DNA of 64,000 bases from positions 3,552,001 to 3,616,000 of the forward strand of contig OY762209.1 in the NCBI GenBank assembly GCA_963665295.1, read 5' to 3'. Below are positions 1-11,702 of this stretch, one piece after another. The stretch is from Syntrophorhabdaceae bacterium (GTDB taxonomy: Bacteria > Desulfobacterota > Syntrophorhabdia > Syntrophorhabdales > Syntrophorhabdaceae). The number at the start of each line of letters is the position of its first letter. The stretch's first letter is position 1. The notes under the pieces are model-generated. The model saw only the letters and a list, made by a program, of their open reading frames with translations, did no database searches and was not told the DNA's origin. The position numbers and the translations under genes are program-made.

Positions 1-2082
1 CACCGCAGGGGCTATGGGAGGCGTTCCCGGCTCGCCTACGCCGCTCGGGGGCTCTATGCCGGGGACAATATGGACCTCGACCACGGGCATTTCGTCCATG
101 CGCAGGACCGGGTAGTCGTTGAAATTGCCTTGCTCCACACGGCCGTTTTTCAGCGTGACTGCGCCGTAAAGGGCAGCGGAAAGGCCGAAGACGACGGCGG
201 ACTCCATCTGGGCTTCAACAGTGGCGGGATTGACGGCCCGGCCACAGTCGACGGCGCATACGACCCGATGAACCCGCACTTTCCCTTCAGGGTTCACCGA
301 GACCTCGGCCACCTGGGCGACGACACTGCCAAAGGACTCATGCACGGCGATGCCGCGGCCATGGCCCTGAGGCAACGCGCTGCCCCAACCGGATTTTTTG
401 GCCGCCATTTCAAGTACGTTTCGATGACGCAGGTGACGGGAGAGAAGGGCTCTCCGGAATTCATAGGGATCTTTGCCTGCCTTGTGGGCCGTCTCATCCA
501 GAAATCCGTTAACCACAAACGCCGTGTGGGAGTGGCCTACCGAGCGCCACCAGAGCACGGGCACCCCTGTCTTCGGACTATGCAGGTCAACAAGGATATT
601 GGGGATTTCGTAGGGGATATCCGCCGCCCCTTCCACGGAAGCTTTGTCTACACCGCCCTTTATCATGTGCTCCGCGAAAGGTGTGCCTTCCATGATAGAC
701 TGTCCTGCCATGGTGTGTTGCCATGCAACCAGGTTTCCGCGGGTATCTATTCCTGCCGTCAACCGGTCGTACCACATGGGTCGGTAGTAACCGCCCCGGG
801 TGTCATCCTCGCGGGTCCAGATCACCTTCACCGGTTTCCCTATAGCTTTGGAGACCTGGACGGCCTCGACCACAAAGTCAGAGTACGGGTTTGCGCGCCG
901 TCCGAAGCCGCCGCCCAGGTAGGTAGTGTGGACCTTCACCGTTGCCGGCTTGAGTCCGGTAACCCTTGCCGCCGCGTTGCGGTCGAAGGTTTGGAACTGG
1001 GTACCCGTCCAGATATCGCAGGTCCCTGCACGCAGGTCCACCAAGCAGTTCAGGGGTTCCATGGCGGCGTGGGCGAGGTAGGGGACTTCATACTCGGCAG
1101 TGAGTTGTTGAGCGGCCCCCGCCAAGGCTTTTTGAACGTCGCCCTCTTTTCTGGCTACCATGCCTGGAGTTTTGACGAGGCTGGCGTAGTCGGTTCGCAG
1201 CTTCTCTGTGGAAAGCGTGGCAAGAGTTCCCTCATCCCAGACGATTTCGAGGAGGTCCCGACCTTTCTTGGCCGCCCAGAAGCTTTCCGCGACAATGGCT
1301 ACCCCGGAATCGATCCGGGTTACGTCCCTGACGCCGGGGACGGCCCTCGCCTTCAGGTCGTTGACGCTTCGCGCCTTACCGCCGAAGACAGGCGGGCGGG
1401 CTACCACTGCGATAAGCGCACCCGGGATAGCCGCGTCAATGCCGAAGGCAGCCTTTCCGTTAACCTTCTCCGGTGTGTCGAGACGACGGGTCGGCTTCCC
1501 GATGATCTTGAAGGTCGAAGGGTCTTTCAACGATATGTTCCGGGGCACGGGCATGGCAGCGGCCTTATCCGACAATTCACCGAATGTCAGTTTCTTGCCG
1601 CTCTTGTGATACACTATGCCGTTTTCCGCCCGGCAACTCCTTTTGCTCACCTTCCATGTCCGGGCTGCGGCGCCGAGAAGCATTTCGCGGGCCGCGGCGC
1701 CAACCTTTCGCATCCGCTCCCATTCACTGGCCACGCTCGTGCTGCCCCCGGTCGCCTGCACGCCGAAGGTGGTGTGGTTATAGACGGGGTCCACGGGTGC
1801 TGCCTCCAATCTGATTTTGTTCCATTCACACTCCAGTTCCTCGGCGATCAGCATGGGCAGGGATGTGTAGACCCCCTGTCCCATCTCCGAATGATTGAGC
1901 ACCATGGTGACTGTGCTGTCGGGGCTGATTCGGAGAAAAGCGGAGGGGGTGAAGGGTGCTTCGGCAGGTTGAGCGGCGTGGGCGTATTTGCCGGAAACGG
2001 GTATCCCGAATCCGAGAATCAGAGCCCCGTTGAAGGCTGTTTTCAGGAACCCGCGACGACTGACATTGACGATCTCTCTCAT
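1..2082 (-). CDS. Xanthine dehydrogenase family molybdopterin-binding subunit, isoquinoline 1-oxidoreductase beta (IorB)-like, Tat signal; 3' end runs off the window
   Basis: Not in ORF track (open at window edge). Manual translation from ATG 2082: [26 protein letters not shown]...[36 protein letters not shown]...[15 protein letters not shown] twin-arginine; ATGA overlap with upstream small subunit. Confidence 0.9.
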   Translation of the reverse strand, partial: MREIVNVSRRGFLKTAFNGALILGFGIPVSGKYAHAAQPAEAPFTPSAFLRISPDSTVTMVLNHSEMGQGVYTSLPMLIAEELECEWNKIRLEAAPVDPVYNHTTFGVQATGGSTSVASEWERMRKVGAAAREMLLGAAARTWKVSKRSCRAENGIVYHKSGKKLTFGELSDKAAAMPVPRNISLKDPSTFKIIGKPTRRLDTPEKVNGKAAFGIDAAIPGALIAVVARPPVFGGKARSVNDLKARAVPGVRDVTRIDSGVAIVAESFWAAKKGRDLLEIVWDEGTLATLSTEKLRTDYASLVKTPGMVARKEGDVQKALAGAAQQLTAEYEVPYLAHAAMEPLNCLVDLRAGTCDIWTGTQFQTFDRNAAARVTGLKPATVKVHTTYLGGGFGRRANPYSDFVVEAVQVSKAIGKPVKVIWTREDDTRGGYYRPMWYDRLTAGIDTRGNLVAWQHTMAGQSIMEGTPFAEHMIKGGVDKASVEGAADIPYEIPNILVDLHSPKTGVPVLWWRSVGHSHTAFVVNGFLDETAHKAGKDPYEFRRALLSRHLRHRNVLEMAAKKSGWGSALPQGHGRGIAVHESFGSVVAQVAEVSVNPEGKVRVHRVVCAVDCGRAVNPATVEAQMESAVVFGLSAALYGAVTLKNGRVEQGNFNDYPVLRMDEMPVVEVHIVPGIEPPSGVGEPGTPPIAPAV

Positions 2083-2549
2083 CTTCGTCCCCCTTGGGCC
2101 ATGGCGGCCGCCGCGCGGTGAATGGCGCGCCGGATCCGCTGGTATGTGCCGCAGCGGCAGATATTGCCCGACATGGCATCATCGATATCCGCATCGGTGG
2201 GCCTGGGATTTTCTTTGAGAAGCGCCGCGGCAGACATGATCTGCCCGGAGTGGCAGTACCCGCACTGGGGTACATCCTCGGCGACCCAGGCCTGCTGGAC
2301 GGGATGGCTGCCGTCGGGCGAGAGACCTTCGATGGTCACAATGTCTTTACCCGCGATGGAAGCGACGGGGGTGACACAGGAGCGCACAGCCTCCCCGTTC
2401 ACATGGACCGTGCAGGCGCCGCACTGGGCCATGCCGCAGCCGTATTTGGTACCCGTCAAGCCAAGGTTTTCACGGATCACCCACAAGAGCGGCGTGTCTG
2501 GAGGGACTTCCACATCGTATCTTTTCCCGTTTACTTTGAGCGAAATCAT
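2079..2549 (-). CDS. (2Fe-2S)-binding small subunit (IorA/CoxS-like)
   Basis: [21 protein letters not shown] and GNICRCGTY motifs; AGGAGG RBS before ATG 2549. Confidence 0.93.
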   Translation of the reverse strand: MISLKVNGKRYDVEVPPDTPLLWVIRENLGLTGTKYGCGMAQCGACTVHVNGEAVRSCVTPVASIAGKDIVTIEGLSPDGSHPVQQAWVAEDVPQCGYCHSGQIMSAAALLKENPRPTDADIDDAMSGNICRCGTYQRIRRAIHRAAAAMAQGGRR

Positions 2550-2936
2550 AGGCACCTCCTGTGATATCACGCACGGAAGCGTGATTCATATGTCCTTCCC
2601 GCCCCTCTTCGGTAATTGCACGTGAAGCTCCGAGTGTGCCGGTGTTCCCCAAGGGAAATCTATTCACGGGGATATTATTTGTCCAGTGCGGGACGCCGGT
2701 TATTCCGGTCGGTCTGTGGCAGGGTAGGTTGCGGGGATAGGGTCCGGGCCCCGGAAAGGCGGAGTCCGGGCTTCTTTTACCGCATTCTTAGAGGTGGCTG
2801 TCTCTTCTATTTCGCAGCGTATCCCGGTGGGGGGCGATGGATTCTTGAATGGGCCGTGGAGGTGCTAATTTCCGACACAATGCTGGAAAAGCCAATTCGA
2901 CAAGCAGGGAATATCAATTGCCGGCTTGATGTCTCC

Positions 2937-3836
2937 TTACTCTTTTGTCAATTGCACCAAGTATTTGCCGTATTCGTTATTTTGCATCTGTTTTGCGAGA
3001 CCGAGCAGGCCCTCTCTGTCGATATATCCCATTCTATAGGCGATTTCCTCGATGCAGGCGATCTTCAAACCCTGCCGTTGTTCGATGGTGGCGACAAAAG
3101 AGGACGCCTCAAGGAGTGAATCGTGGGTACCGGTATCGAGCCATGCAAAGCCCCTGCTGAAAAGCTGCACCTTGAGCTTACCGGAGAAAAGATAGGTCCT
3201 GTTCAGGTCGGTGATCTCAAACTCTCCGCGAGCTGAAGGTTTGAGGTTCTCTGCGATATCAACGACCGTATTGTCGTAAAAATATAGTCCTGGTACCGCG
3301 TAATTGGATTTCGGTTTGCTCGGTTTTTCCTCGATGCTCAATACCTTGCCGTCTTTATCGAATTCCACTACCCCGTAGCGTTCAGGATCCTTGACCCTGT
3401 AACCGAAAACGAGACCGCCTTCACGCAACTGAATAGCATCGTTGAGGATTTGCTGCATGCCCTGACCATAGAAGATATTGTCGCCCAGAATAAGGCACAC
3501 CTTCGATTGTCCGATAAACTCCCTGCCGATCGTAAAGGCCTGCGCGAGTCCTTCCGGTCGGGGCTGTTCTATGTATGAGAAGGAAACTCCCCATTTCGAT
3601 CCGTCTCCCAAAAGATCCTTGAATCTAGGCAAGTCAACAGGGGTCGAAATGATAAGGATCTCTTTTATGCCGGCAAGCATGAGGACCGATAACGGGTAAT
3701 AGATCATCGGTTTGTCATAGACGGGAAGAAGCTGTTTACTCACAACCTGGGTGATCGGGTACAATCGTGTGCCGGAACCCCCGGCAAGGATTATGCCCTT
3801 CCAGTTGCCGTTACTCTTTCTGATATCTTCATCCAT
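2937..3836 (-). CDS. rfbA: Glucose-1-phosphate thymidylyltransferase
   Basis: [56 protein letters not shown]. Confidence 0.96.
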   Translation of the reverse strand: MDEDIRKSNGNWKGIILAGGSGTRLYPITQVVSKQLLPVYDKPMIYYPLSVLMLAGIKEILIISTPVDLPRFKDLLGDGSKWGVSFSYIEQPRPEGLAQAFTIGREFIGQSKVCLILGDNIFYGQGMQQILNDAIQLREGGLVFGYRVKDPERYGVVEFDKDGKVLSIEEKPSKPKSNYAVPGLYFYDNTVVDIAENLKPSARGEFEITDLNRTYLFSGKLKVQLFSRGFAWLDTGTHDSLLEASSFVATIEQRQGLKIACIEEIAYRMGYIDREGLLGLAKQMQNNEYGKYLVQLTKE

Positions 3837-4505
3837 TGCTCAGACTTACTCCCTCAATAATAGTCTATTGAAAATGGGGCCGAACCGGCAGCGAACAGTT
3901 TTCCAACCGCAAGGTAATCGGCCGCATATCGGATAAATTATGTACCAGTTCTTCCGGTAATTACAAGTAAAATTATCCCCCTTGGTCCGGCGGTCGGAGA
4001 GTGTTTGGGATGCAGCACCTTTCTGACGAGGGCAAGGCCACCGACGAAGGGCCTCCCCGTTCAGGGAGAAGCCCGCACATGTTGTCTGCCCGCGTTTTGA
4101 CGTCATAGCGACGGCAAAATCGTCGCCAGGTGGTTGCGTTTTGGCTGCAAAAGGGCGCGAGGAATAGACGACTTTTTCTGATGAGAATCATCGAACCCAA
4201 TTTTGGAATCGACCTGCAGGGATTGAGGGCTGCAGGTTTCACGATCTGCGGCATGCAAGAAATCGGGGGAATCACGAGGAACCGTGGGGCGAGCGAACGC
4301 CGCCACGACAAGCGGATATATCCACGTTTTCTTGATAGGGAGATGGGGATAGGCAACAGGGTAACTGGATGGAAGGAAGACCAAAAAAGATACGCAACGA
4401 CAAGACGGAAGAATGTCTACGTAAAAAAAGTGGTCTGAAAGCACGAAAAACCAACCGTGTACCAGACCATGCAACGCTCATAACCGAAGCGTCTGAAAAA
4501 CAATG

Positions 4506-4579
4506 TGGGCCGTGGAGGATTCGAACCTCCGACCAATTGATTAAGAGTCAACTGCTCTACCGGACTGAGCTAACGGCCC
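4506..4579 (-). tRNA. tRNA-Lys(CTT), CCA not encoded
   Basis: Reverse complement GGGCCGTTAGCTCAGTCCGGTAGAGCAGTTGACTCTTAATCAATTGGTCGGAGGTTCGAATCCTCCACGGCCCA folds as a cloverleaf; anticodon loop CT-CTT-AA; GTTCGAATC T-loop. Confidence 0.96.
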
Positions 4580-5166
4580 AAGATGAGTTTTTATAACACA
4601 GACAAGGGGTTACGTGCAACAGAAATCTCGTTATTTTTGCCGGATTCTGGGTGTGTTGTTCAGCGGGACCGGTGTTGGGACTCCGTGTTACCGTGGGCGG
4701 CGGTGGATGTGCGGGATCAAAATACCCGTAGACTTCTTGAATGATTATCAAGACATCACCGATTATGAGCGGTTCAAGATGATTCCGGTCTCATATACTG
4801 CCTTCAGGTCGGTCCTGCAACAGGCGAGCTTGTGTCTCACGAAATGATACCCACTCAACTCAGACCCTTTCACGCAATCTCCGCACTTGTGCGACGGATG
4901 CAGTGTGGATCGGAAACGTTCCGGACAGAGAGGGCGGAGCTTCAGGTGCTACGGTAAGACTTGAGGAAGATTACACGTTGACTCTCCGCTGGACCTGAGG
5001 CCTTCCGAAGGGACGAGCGCGGTTTCCGGGTATTCTCCGAATGGTTTTCACGGTACATGCTTCGATGCGGGGGACAGAGGGGGTTGGAGAGGGTTTGGCT
5101 CCTTGAGCGCTTTCGCGTCAATCCGCCTTACCCTCTCACGGAAGACTTAGGGCTTGTCCCCGCCGT

Positions 5167-5364
5167 CTATTTCTGACAGTCGGGGCAGAGCGCCGTTCGT
5201 TTATAGACTTCCCAGCTTTCCGGGGTAAACATACCCGGCGATACACAATGGTTGCAACATATGCATTGAAAACGCATATATGCCTTTTCTGTTTTTGAGT
5301 GATGGACGGGACCGTTTTTGCGTGCATTACGCGTTGCCCTTAATCGTGTCCGTTGTGCCTGCAT
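5167..5364 (-). CDS. Small Cys-rich protein (CxCCxxC...CPxC), putative zinc-binding
   Basis: GGAGGAGG RBS 7 nt before ATG; 65 aa ending FQCICCNHC...LCPDCQK. Confidence 0.5.
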   Translation of the reverse strand: MQAQRTRLRATRNARKNGPVHHSKTEKAYMRFQCICCNHCVSPGMFTPESWEVYKRTALCPDCQK

Positions 5365-5812
5365 AGTATATCCTCCTCCGAGAATCCTTTGACGCCGGCC
5401 ATATGGGGTGCTCTTTTCTAATCAGATCCCGGCATATTCCGGCGTACTGCAAGAAATTCTTCGTGGACCGGTACGACAATTCGTCCCGATCAGTAACGGC
5501 GTATGGCGCCATGGCCGGCCCGGGCCCTGTAGGTTTCAGGGTAAGGGTGGACTTCATTTGCGGTCAACGCCCTTTCTTTCAACTCCATGCCGTGCAAGTC
5601 GATATTCATCGACAGCTCCTTGCTTTCGAGTGCCGGTCACTACACTTAATATAATGCCTCATTGAGATTTGACAAGGCCTCGCAAGCGCAAAACCTGAAA
5701 AACTTCGGCCCGGCTTGGGTAAACGGGGGCGCCCTGGCCGAAACGCTGTCTTACGTTGCGTTTCCGGAGGGGGGAGTGACGATATCCGTATGCAGGGTGA
5801 GGGAACGGTCCT

Positions 5813-6838
5813 CTATTTGAAGAGACGGACCATAAGGTCGATGAGATAGTCTATCTCCTCGGCTTTTTCTACCTTGATGTACCGCGCCGGGCGGGCTTGC
5901 ACCCAGAAAATGTTCCGGCCGGGCGGAAGGTGTTTGTCTACCACCCACTCCATATCCTGAGCTTTTCCGAAGTGCTGCTCAACCCGGATCACCGTCTCGG
6001 CAATTTCCATGATTTCCCGATCCTCAAGACAGGGTCTGCACTGAAGGTCCTCTGTCGTCTCCTGGTATAGGGTGCCTGAACGGCCTCTTCGCACCGTGCC
6101 GGTCTTGCAGGCTATCTTCTTTCCCACGATCTCCAGGGTTTTCTTGTCAACAAGGAAGGAATCCGGCGTGATCTCCCCACTCACCACGCTTTCTCCGAAT
6201 CCCCAATTGCCTTCTATGACGACTTTTGTGGTGTCTCCCGTGGTGGGTAAAACCGAGAGCGCCACCCCGGCGGCCTTTGCATCGATCAATTCCATGACCG
6301 CCACCCCTATGGGCGCCCAGTCAAGTGGAAGGCCCCTGTCGAATCTGAAGGTGATGGCGCCGGCTGTGTAGGCGCTTCCCCATACCTTCCTGACGTGGGC
6401 TATGACCGCGTCCTCGCCGGTCACGTTGAGGTAAGAATCCATCTGACCCGGCATGCTGATGGACCCGCTCGACCGGACCGCCACGGGCACGTCTTCCTTT
6501 TCCGTACGACGGCAGAGTTCGCGGTAATACTCCCGAATCTCCTGTTCCATATGGGCGGGAAGGGATTTTGACTCTATGATATCCCGGGCCCTGCAACTGG
6601 TATTGAGACGAGTCTCTACCCGGTTCAGCTCATCTTTTGCCCTGGCGACACATTTCTCGAGATCTTGAGCGGTGCGGGTCAACCTGAGGAACTGTTCGCA
6701 CCCTTTGACGGATATGGCGAAGCCGCGGGGGACCCTGAGTCCCAGTCGAGTCAATTCCCCGAGGTTTGCACATTTCTTGCCCACGAGATCATTTGAGGTT
6801 TGATCGAGTTCTTCAAGCCGGAATATCCACTGTTCCAT
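5813..6838 (-). CDS. Stand-alone PEP/pyruvate-binding (PPDK_N, ATP-binding) domain protein, phenylphosphate synthase beta (PpsB)-like
   Basis: VGKKCANLGEL, VPRGFA, PVAVRSS, GFGESVVSGEITPD, QDMEW, VQARP; no phospho-His domain. Confidence 0.82.
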   Translation of the reverse strand: MEQWIFRLEELDQTSNDLVGKKCANLGELTRLGLRVPRGFAISVKGCEQFLRLTRTAQDLEKCVARAKDELNRVETRLNTSCRARDIIESKSLPAHMEQEIREYYRELCRRTEKEDVPVAVRSSGSISMPGQMDSYLNVTGEDAVIAHVRKVWGSAYTAGAITFRFDRGLPLDWAPIGVAVMELIDAKAAGVALSVLPTTGDTTKVVIEGNWGFGESVVSGEITPDSFLVDKKTLEIVGKKIACKTGTVRRGRSGTLYQETTEDLQCRPCLEDREIMEIAETVIRVEQHFGKAQDMEWVVDKHLPPGRNIFWVQARPARYIKVEKAEEIDYLIDLMVRLFK

Positions 6839-6963
6839 ATCTACTCGCCCCCGGTTGCAGATTTCCTCTCGCTGAATACCTTTGTTGCCTTACCCGGACC
6901 CGTAAGGCCTCGTGTCCCGCCGGTTCGTGTTCCCCTGAAAGGATTTGAAGCAGGAGGGATGGA

Positions 6964-7488
6964 CTATGGGCCGGTTATGGGATCCACGTCCGTGTGATCG
7001 GACTGCTCAAATATCCCTTCCAATAATGGTATGGGAATGGCATCGGTAACTCGTGGGTCACCGAAGACGATTTCAGCGCCCCCCTTTCTGTAAGGCCTCA
7101 TTATGGTAACGGTTCCGGCGGGCGATAGGGCTGCAATGAGGAGTACCCCATTGTACTCGGGGAAAGCGGCGAGTATCTTTGCGTCGTCCCTGATATCCAT
7201 TGCAAGACCCACGGCTTCGGACCCGGTCTTCCTCGCATAGTTCCTGATTGTCTCAGCCTCCTCCTTTCCGTCCTCATCTGTTTCGTGAAAGGCCGGTTCG
7301 TACTGGGATATGACGGGTTCCCGGGCATGGCTGTTGATCCCGTATCCAAAGCTGACCGTTGTTGTTGCTGTCCCTGAGGCGCGCAACTGGTTCTGTGCGG
7401 AGTCAAGGCACGCGGCGGCGAATTCATTCAGGCCGAAATGCCCTGCCGCCCGCATCTTTTCGTGGGCACTATAGTCCTCCTTAACCAT
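6964..7488 (-). CDS. Hypothetical protein
   Basis: 174-aa ORF with GGAGG RBS upstream; no motif recognised. Confidence 0.6.
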   Translation of the reverse strand: MVKEDYSAHEKMRAAGHFGLNEFAAACLDSAQNQLRASGTATTTVSFGYGINSHAREPVISQYEPAFHETDEDGKEEAETIRNYARKTGSEAVGLAMDIRDDAKILAAFPEYNGVLLIAALSPAGTVTIMRPYRKGGAEIVFGDPRVTDAIPIPLLEGIFEQSDHTDVDPITGP

Positions 7489-7643
7489 TACGTCACACCT
7501 CCGTTTGGCCCGTGGACCAGAAAATTCCTGTTTTCATAACCTACCATCGGTGAACCCGCAAATCAAGGGTCGGCGCAGAAACGGGGCCGCGAGTCGCGAT
7601 ATGACTTGACCAACTGTAATTACCGGGCTATTATCTCTCTCAT

Positions 7644-9161
7644 ATGGGTCTTAAGGCGATCCTGACCATTTTTCGCCCACAGATAATAGAGGAGTGGGTG
7701 GACCGTCTCCATAACTCGGTGAGCGAACGGTACCGTCAAAGGCCCGTGGAAGAGCTTTTCATCACCGTTTCCCTTGCGAATGACGCGAGTTTTGCCGTTC
7801 TTGTTCACGACGACTATTCCAGGATAGATGCCCAAATCGAGTTCATTACCAGAATCAGGCTCGAAGGAGGGTTCTCCCTTTCCGAGGTGCAGAACGCATA
7901 CGATCTTTACAGGACGATCCTCACACCGATACTGCTTCGTGAGTTAGAGGGAGATGAACTCCTTGACGCCGTGGAACGTATGAACCGTTATCTTCTCTAC
8001 ACCATAAAGAAATTCAGCAACTCTTTCCAGTCTCTCCACGAACAGCAAATCAGGGATTACGCGGAGAACCTCGAACGGGAGGTGGAGAAGCGCACAGGTG
8101 AACTGGCGGAATCGGAGTCAAAGTACAGGGTACTTGTGGAAGAAATCAACGACGGATATTTTGTGAATCAAGGGGGGTGCATCGTCTTTGCGAATCAGGC
8201 CTTCTGCGATCTGCACGGGTATTCCCCCGAAGAGATGACAGGTAAGCCGTACGTGGAGATCATTGCCTCCAAATCGCTCCCCATGGTCCGGAGGCTTTAC
8301 AAGAGAAGGATTGCCGGCGAGGCCACAGAGGACCTGTACGTCTATTTACGCCGTCATAAGAACGGGAGTATCCTTCCCACGGAGAATAAGGTGAAGAAGA
8401 TACTCTTCCGGGGTGAATCCGCGGTGGCGGGCATTTGCCGGGATATTACCGAGAGAATACAGACGGAGAAACGGATCAGGGAGTCGGAGCGCCTCGCGCA
8501 TATCGGAAAACTGACGACTTCCCTGGCTCACGAGATCAGGAATCCCCTGTCTTCGGTAAAGATGAACAGCCAGATCATCTTGAAAAACGCTGCTTTTGAC
8601 GGAAATGACAAGAGGCGGATCGAAATCGTAGTCCACGAAATATCCCGTCTGGAGAGGATTCTCGATGAAATGCTCGATTTCGCGAGACCGGTGAGGCTGA
8701 ACATTCAACCTCTCCTGATGAACGCGGTCATTGACGCGTCCCTTGATGCCCTGGACGCCAGGATCAGGGAAAAGAATATTGTCGTGACAAAGAGATATGC
8801 GAAGAAACTGCCTCCCATCCCCGCAGACCACGAAAAGATGGAACAGGCGCTCATCAACGTCCTGCTCAATGCCGTGGACGTCCTGCCGGAAGGGGGACGG
8901 ATAGAGATCGTGACGGGAAGGATAAGAGGCGAGGAGAACGCTTTGCGGATAGACATAAGCGACGATGGACCGGGCATCAGCAAAGAAGACCTTCCCTATG
9001 TCTTCAATCCTTTTTTCAGCAACAAGAAAAGAGGTACGGGCCTTGGCCTTTCGAACGTGAAAAGGATCATAGAAGCCCACGGCGGGACAGAGGCGATTAC
9101 TACCCTGAAACCTCACGGAACGCGCGTCAGCTTGTCAATTCCATTGAAGGAGATAACTTGA
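7644..9161 (+). CDS. Cytoplasmic sensor histidine kinase (helical RsbRD_N-like N-terminus, PAS, HisKA, HATPase)
   Basis: LAHEIRNPL H-box, NVLLNA N-box, DDGPGI G1, FNPFF, GTGLGL G2. Confidence 0.92.
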   Translation: MGLKAILTIFRPQIIEEWVDRLHNSVSERYRQRPVEELFITVSLANDASFAVLVHDDYSRIDAQIEFITRIRLEGGFSLSEVQNAYDLYRTILTPILLRELEGDELLDAVERMNRYLLYTIKKFSNSFQSLHEQQIRDYAENLEREVEKRTGELAESESKYRVLVEEINDGYFVNQGGCIVFANQAFCDLHGYSPEEMTGKPYVEIIASKSLPMVRRLYKRRIAGEATEDLYVYLRRHKNGSILPTENKVKKILFRGESAVAGICRDITERIQTEKRIRESERLAHIGKLTTSLAHEIRNPLSSVKMNSQIILKNAAFDGNDKRRIEIVVHEISRLERILDEMLDFARPVRLNIQPLLMNAVIDASLDALDARIREKNIVVTKRYAKKLPPIPADHEKMEQALINVLLNAVDVLPEGGRIEIVTGRIRGEENALRIDISDDGPGISKEDLPYVFNPFFSNKKRGTGLGLSNVKRIIEAHGGTEAITTLKPHGTRVSLSIPLKEIT

Positions 9162-10540
9162 AAAGCAAGAAGATCCTTATCATCGATGATGAACGCGCCC
9201 TCCTTGAATCCCTGGAGATGTTTCTTACTGAAAAGGGCTATGCCGTTGCATGCGCCATGAACGCCGCAGAGGGTCTCAAACAGTGTGAGGTCTTCGACCC
9301 TCATGTCATTATCCTTGACGTCCGTCTTCCCGACATGAACGGCCTCGATGTGCTCCGCCGTCTGGTCGCCGAGGGGAGGAAAAACATCATTATCATAACC
9401 GCGTTCCATGACATGGATATTACCATAAAGACGGTGAAGCTCGGCGCCTTCGACTATATTCCCAAACCCATAGACGTGGAGGAACTTGAAAGGGCCATAG
9501 ACAAGGCCTTGAAGCATATGGGTTCCGGCCGGCCCGAGGATGTCTTTTCCATTGACCGTTCCCTTGAGTATGTCGAGGGAAAGATAGTGGGCAGAAGCAC
9601 ATTGATGAAGGAGATCTTCAAGACCATAGGCATTCTTTCCGAGAACCGGGTGACGATCCTCATCGAGGGGGAGACAGGAACGGGCAAAGAGTTGATCGCA
9701 CGGGCTGTCCATTACAATAGCCCGTACAAGAATGATCCTTTTCAGGCGATAAACTGTTCTACTATCGTGGGACCTCTCCTGGAAAGTGAACTTTTCGGTC
9801 ACGAAAAAGGCTCCTTCACCGGGGCTTTTGCCTCGAAGAAGGGCAAGTTTGAACTTGCGGGAGGGGGGACCATATTTCTCGACGAAATAGGGGAGATACC
9901 TTTCGAACTGCAGGCGAAGTTGCTCCGGTTCCTTCAGGAGAAAGAATTTGAGAGGCTGGGCGGTGAGGGAACGATCAAATCGGAGGCCCGCGTTATCGCC
10001 GCCACCAACAAGGACCTTTGGGATATGTCCCGGAAAGGCACCTTCAGGGAGGACCTTTATTACAGACTTAACGTGGCTACCATCAGGGTCCCGCCGCTCA
10101 GGGACAGATCGGCCGATATCCCCCTTCTTGTGGAGCATATCTTGAGGGGTATCAACAGGGACCTCCACAAGGACATTGCGAAGGTGGAAGAGGGCGCGAT
10201 AACGAGAATGATTGAATACGATTGGCCGGGCAACGTGAGAGAGTTGGAGAATGTGCTCACCCGCGCAGCCATCAACACACGGGGAGAATGCATCCTTGAA
10301 GATGTTGTCGTTCCCTTACTCGGAAAGAAGCAGGCGATCCGTACGAGCCCGAACTTGAGACCCGACCGGGAACAGAGTCTTAACGATGTTGAGAAGGAAT
10401 ATATAATAGGCGTACTCGGCCGTACTCACTGGCACCTCGGGAAGGCATGTGTGCTTCTTGGCATTACGCGCCCTACGCTGCGTCAAAAGATGAGGACATA
10501 CGGCATTTCCAGTCCTGCGCCCGAGAACGGGACCTCCTGA
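9158..10540 (+). CDS. Sigma-54-dependent response regulator (NtrC family)
   Basis: REC (IIDDE, LDVRLPD, KP), GETGTGKE, ELFGHEKGSFTGA, FLDEIGE, WPGNVREL, C-terminal HTH; TTG start overlaps kinase stop. Confidence 0.93.
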   Translation: MKSKKILIIDDERALLESLEMFLTEKGYAVACAMNAAEGLKQCEVFDPHVIILDVRLPDMNGLDVLRRLVAEGRKNIIIITAFHDMDITIKTVKLGAFDYIPKPIDVEELERAIDKALKHMGSGRPEDVFSIDRSLEYVEGKIVGRSTLMKEIFKTIGILSENRVTILIEGETGTGKELIARAVHYNSPYKNDPFQAINCSTIVGPLLESELFGHEKGSFTGAFASKKGKFELAGGGTIFLDEIGEIPFELQAKLLRFLQEKEFERLGGEGTIKSEARVIAATNKDLWDMSRKGTFREDLYYRLNVATIRVPPLRDRSADIPLLVEHILRGINRDLHKDIAKVEEGAITRMIEYDWPGNVRELENVLTRAAINTRGECILEDVVVPLLGKKQAIRTSPNLRPDREQSLNDVEKEYIIGVLGRTHWHLGKACVLLGITRPTLRQKMRTYGISSPAPENGTS

Positions 10541-10588
10541 TCCATAGCCCGTACCGGCGATTGGGTGAAGATGCCCTCAGGAAAAGAA

Positions 10589-10623
10589 GGAAATAGAGGG
10601 AACCTATGGCTCCCTCTATTTCC
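10589..10623. terminator. Hairpin between convergent genes, probable bidirectional terminator
   Basis: 13-bp perfect stem GGAAATAGAGGGA / TCCCTCTATTTCC. Confidence 0.7.
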
Positions 10624-10665
10624 AAGATCGTCTTAAATGACAACAACCGCCCGTGGGCAGTGCCG

Positions 10666-11430
10666 TTAGAATACAAACAGATCGAGTCCGCCCATCATGT
10701 TGACGACGGCGCCGGTCATGTATGCCGCTTTATCGGATACGACGAAGGCGATGGCCTCGCCTATCTCGGCAGGCTCGGCGGGTCTGCGAAGGGCGATCCT
10801 CTTCTCGAATTTCTGACGGGTCTCTTCAGGGATGGGCTCATAGTAGGCCTCCGTATTGGCCGTGCCTATCAAGACCACGTTGGCGGTGATGCCGTGCCGT
10901 GCGCCTTCGAGGGCCGCCGACTTTGCCATGCCTATGAGGCCCGCCTTGGCCGCGCCGTAGCTCGACTGGCCGGAACCACCCATGACGCCCGCTACCGAGG
11001 ACATGTTGACGATGCGTCCCCACTTCTTTGCCGTCATATCGGCCCATGCCTCCTTGATGCAGTAGAAGGCGGAGTTGAGACAGAGCTTCACCTCGTTGTC
11101 CCAGTCTTCCACGTTGGTCTTCGCAATGGTCACCATGCGGCGCATCTGGGCTGCGTTGTTGACAAGGATGTCTACGGGACCCATCTCCGCCTTGATGGCG
11201 GCGAAACCCTTCTGCACGTCCCCATAGTCTCTTCCGTTCATCCTCACTGCCATGGACCTGCGGCCCATGGCGCGGATCTCAGCCGCTACCTTCTCCACGC
11301 CGTCCATGTTGTTGAAGCCTGTTACCACCACATCCGCCCCATCTCTGGCGATGGCCAGGGCTGCGGCCCTCCCGATGCCGTGGGGCATTGACGCGCCTGT
11401 TACGAGTGCAAGCCTACCTTCTGATCCCAT
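10666..11430 (-). CDS. SDR family oxidoreductase (FabG/3-oxoacyl reductase-like)
   Basis: LVTGASMPHGIG, DILVNNA, NMSS, YGAAK catalytic YxxxK. Confidence 0.9.
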   Translation of the reverse strand: MGSEGRLALVTGASMPHGIGRAAALAIARDGADVVVTGFNNMDGVEKVAAEIRAMGRRSMAVRMNGRDYGDVQKGFAAIKAEMGPVDILVNNAAQMRRMVTIAKTNVEDWDNEVKLCLNSAFYCIKEAWADMTAKKWGRIVNMSSVAGVMGGSGQSSYGAAKAGLIGMAKSAALEGARHGITANVVLIGTANTEAYYEPIPEETRQKFEKRIALRRPAEPAEIGEAIAFVVSDKAAYMTGAVVNMMGGLDLFVF

Positions 11431-11702
11431 AATGAACCTCCCTTTTGAAATGTAGTCTGTAATGGTTTATATAAATATCATCATTTAAAGGTCCTGACAA
11501 CACTCTCGTAAAGCCCCGGGAAACGACCGCGGCCGTATGTGCATCGGCGAAATCGCGGGTGCCCGGTTTTGACCCTATGATATGAAAGCGCTCCTTTCTG
11601 TTCGCCTATGTTGAGTTTGAAACCTTTCATCGGTACCCCTGATTCCATGGATTATCGTATACAATAACTATATTAATTGTGGCTGTTCATTGTTGACACG
11701 TC

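Noticed and set aside
70..2121. 683-aa plus-strand ORF
   Set aside because: Antisense shadow of the IorB-like gene on the minus strand; no motifs
2581..2600. CATATG upstream of the iorA-like gene as a fourth DUF134 operator
   Set aside because: Flanks match poorly, it is not within a recognisable promoter spacer, and the hexamer occurs by chance elsewhere
3840..4505. Integrative element or integrase remnant at the tRNA-Lys 3' end
   Set aside because: No integrase motif and no duplicated tRNA 3' end found in the window
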